Position numbers and translations under genes: made by a program. 64,000 bases of DNA, from the NCBI GenBank assembly GCA_013115145.1, contig JAAPAO010000029.1:1-64000 (forward strand), given 5' to 3'. This stretch comes from Perkinsus chesapeaki ATCC PRA-425 (Eukaryota; Protista; Perkinsozoa). The number at the start of each line of letters is the position of its first letter. The first letter of the stretch is position 1. Of the stretch, positions 62,001 through 64,000 are shown one piece after another. The notes under the pieces are model-generated. The model made no database searches. It saw nothing but the letters and a program-made list of their open reading frames with translations, and was not told where the DNA came from.

Positions 62001-62924
62001 ATGCCTTTCCAATAGGTTCAACTATTCAGTGGTTGTGATGATGCTGGTACATCAGCCGATGCCTCTGCAGGCAGCATGAGGGGAGGCGCAATGACCACGG
62101 CATTTTGTAAGCCTCATGGTCGTTGTTCTTCCTTTTGTCCTGGAGGGGCAAATTTCCCTCAGAAGGCATCCGGGCATGGGCTACCCATGATGGGGTTTTT
62201 GAAATTCCCAGATACGCCCTCGACTCAAGGTCGTGTGTTGGTATTTTACTCGCGTCGAAATTGCGAGAATACACAGGATAACTTCTTATTCTTCTATGCA
62301 ATAGATTACTGACATCTGTGGTTTATTGATCGACCCTCAGGTAACTCTATTCGGGCTAGCCCATACATAACTTATATCGATCTAATTCACCGTCTAAATG
62401 ATGAGATGCGGAGGCATAGGATGGGACAGCGCCCGCAGCTGTCTAGCACGCAGGTCTTCCCAGTTACCAGGTGAGTTGCAATCCAACTTCTAGTTGTAGT
62501 TCAATGTGCGCCGCCGGCAACAGCCAGCCGCAGTGCCACTGTGTGAAATTTCCATTCTGGGGTAAATTCCCTGTTCGTTTTTACTCACTGAGTTTGTATT
62601 CTGGAAATAGTTGAACTAGTTCCAGAATACAAACTCAGTCTAGTTCCGTAGACTCTTCCGTCATCCCTTCCTTGCGGAGGCATGGCGCAAGTTAGAAACT
62701 GAAGAAATCGAGTTCCGATTTTTATTATTGCTGATGTTTTTGCGATCAGGCCGTTCAATCTCACCGACATCCTGCCGAATCAGAATCAGTATATCGGCAG
62801 AATCGTTCGTAAACGATTCAAGCCCCGCAAGAACAAGAAGAAGATGCAAGGACTTGACGGCCTATTGCTACCACTTGCTGGAGGCATGCTAGCTGGTGCA
62901 TTGCTAGGCTCGATATTTGACTAG
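59094..62924 (+). CDS. MCA1: Metacaspase copy 3, same architecture with a shorter tail
   Basis: MVTKPFSPDAISQIRFLCPN|..[24 protein letters not shown]; QCGSC..TCPHC; FFHYSGHG; VMDCCHSGT; ends PLAGGMLAGALLGSIFD*. Confidence 0.9.
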
Positions 62925-64000
62925 TATAAGCACAATAATCATTCGTGAGAAGTAAATTTTACCTCCTTTCTGTAGTTGATTGTGTGTAAGTTTCTCTAGT
63001 TGAAATAATTGAATGTTTGCTTGCTGATCTTGCGTTCGAGGACGGTCCAATAGCGGTGGGTGTTCTTCCATTGCAGGGAGACGGCTCTGCTGCGATTTTG
63101 TACCAAAATAAATGCGCTCACACATTGTTTCAATAGGCTCATATTGTTTGAAATGGTGTACGCATTTTGATGAATTAAACTCTCGGCGATTCGCAGACCG
63201 CGATCTCTCTATCTTCTACGCAATGTCATTGCCTTTCTCACTCTTCCTCATTCATATAGCTTGCATGAAGTATTGGTGCACTGGTAGCGTATAGCGATGC
63301 TCGTCAGATGGAAGAACAGCCGCTCAGTCACTAGGATTTCGGGTGCCATGTGTTAGTCGACTTTCGGCCCAGCAGGCTTGAAGCGTTGAATGCCTATGTC
63401 ATCAAGCGATGAAGCCATCCGGGGGCGCAGCCGCCATTCCTGAGTAGGAAGAGAACCCTTCCAAATCCCCGAGGATGAAGCTACAGAGGGAGCCTTAGAG
63501 CCTCTGACTCCAAGGATACTGCTAAGAGCAAGGCGTCAGACCCACAAAACCAGCATCTGGCTCCAAACTCAACCGTCAACTTGATGGCATCAAGGCCATC
63601 GATTTCAGGCAGAATGGTATGAGGGAAACCCTTGGCTGGAAACTCCAGCCTGGAGTGGAGCCGACTCGGCTCGGCTGAAGCTTGAATCGTATAATCTTTG
63701 ACACAGATTCTGTGATTCTGTGTTGCCTGTTGGGTTTTACCTTCGTACGAGCCAAGGTTACTCACAGCCAGTGCTTCATACAGAATAACAGGGGGTTATT
63801 CACGCGCTTAGGGGGTGGCTGGGGGTGTCCACTGGAGCCAGCGGCTTTGCTCGATAGCAGACGAGTCAACCGTGAAAGGAGTCACTGGAAGTTACTTGTG
63901 TGTTATGGTTCGCCACTTAGACCCTGACAGTGTCAGGCTGACACAGCAGAACCGAAGGAGTCCTTGGTGGACGTCAAACAAGTTAAAACCGATGGTGAAT

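Noticed and set aside
1-64000. CRISPR-like arrays
   Set aside because: All tandem repeats lack unique spacers, the sequence is eukaryotic, and no cas genes are present
1-64000. Perkinsid/dinoflagellate spliced-leader (CCGTAGCCATYTTGGCTCAAG) relics or SL RNA gene
   Set aside because: Only short partial matches seen by eye (e.g. ccgtagcc near 29113); no convincing copy
63300-64000. Coding-like sequence at the window end
   Set aside because: Short broken frames on both strands with no recognisable motif; truncated by the window edge

Overview
Eukaryotic, intron-dense genomic DNA with many 43-52 bp GT-AG introns, AT-rich minisatellites and ~100-N assembly gaps. It is most consistent with a perkinsid alveolate (Perkinsus-like); this is an inference from gene style and gene families, not a database result. 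Genes were rebuilt by hand-splicing exons, so boundaries are approximate. They include a SARNP/Tho1-like protein (5'-partial), ethanolamine-phosphate cytidylyltransferase, a TBC+TLDc protein, SMU1, an intronless pepsin-like protease, a TraB-domain protein, tRNA-Ser(UGA), an ERCC8-like WD40 protein, a signal-peptide GNAT, a PMP34-like carrier, a degenerate sphingosine-kinase-like protein, and three tandem metacaspases. Several hypothetical genes, decayed paralogs and transposon-like relics are also present. The main leads are: (1) about 12 isolated tRNA 3'-end fragments (T-arm + acceptor strand + discriminator, often a T-run), mostly in introns, several making up nearly a whole 43-49 bp intron; (2) a shared ~20 bp motif in many tiny introns (introner-like, and possibly itself a tRNA-end complement); (3) metacaspases with an unusual CUE/UBA-like + zinc-ribbon prodomain and a C-terminal glycine-zipper tail; (4) a sphingosine-kinase homolog with its catalytic motifs altered.
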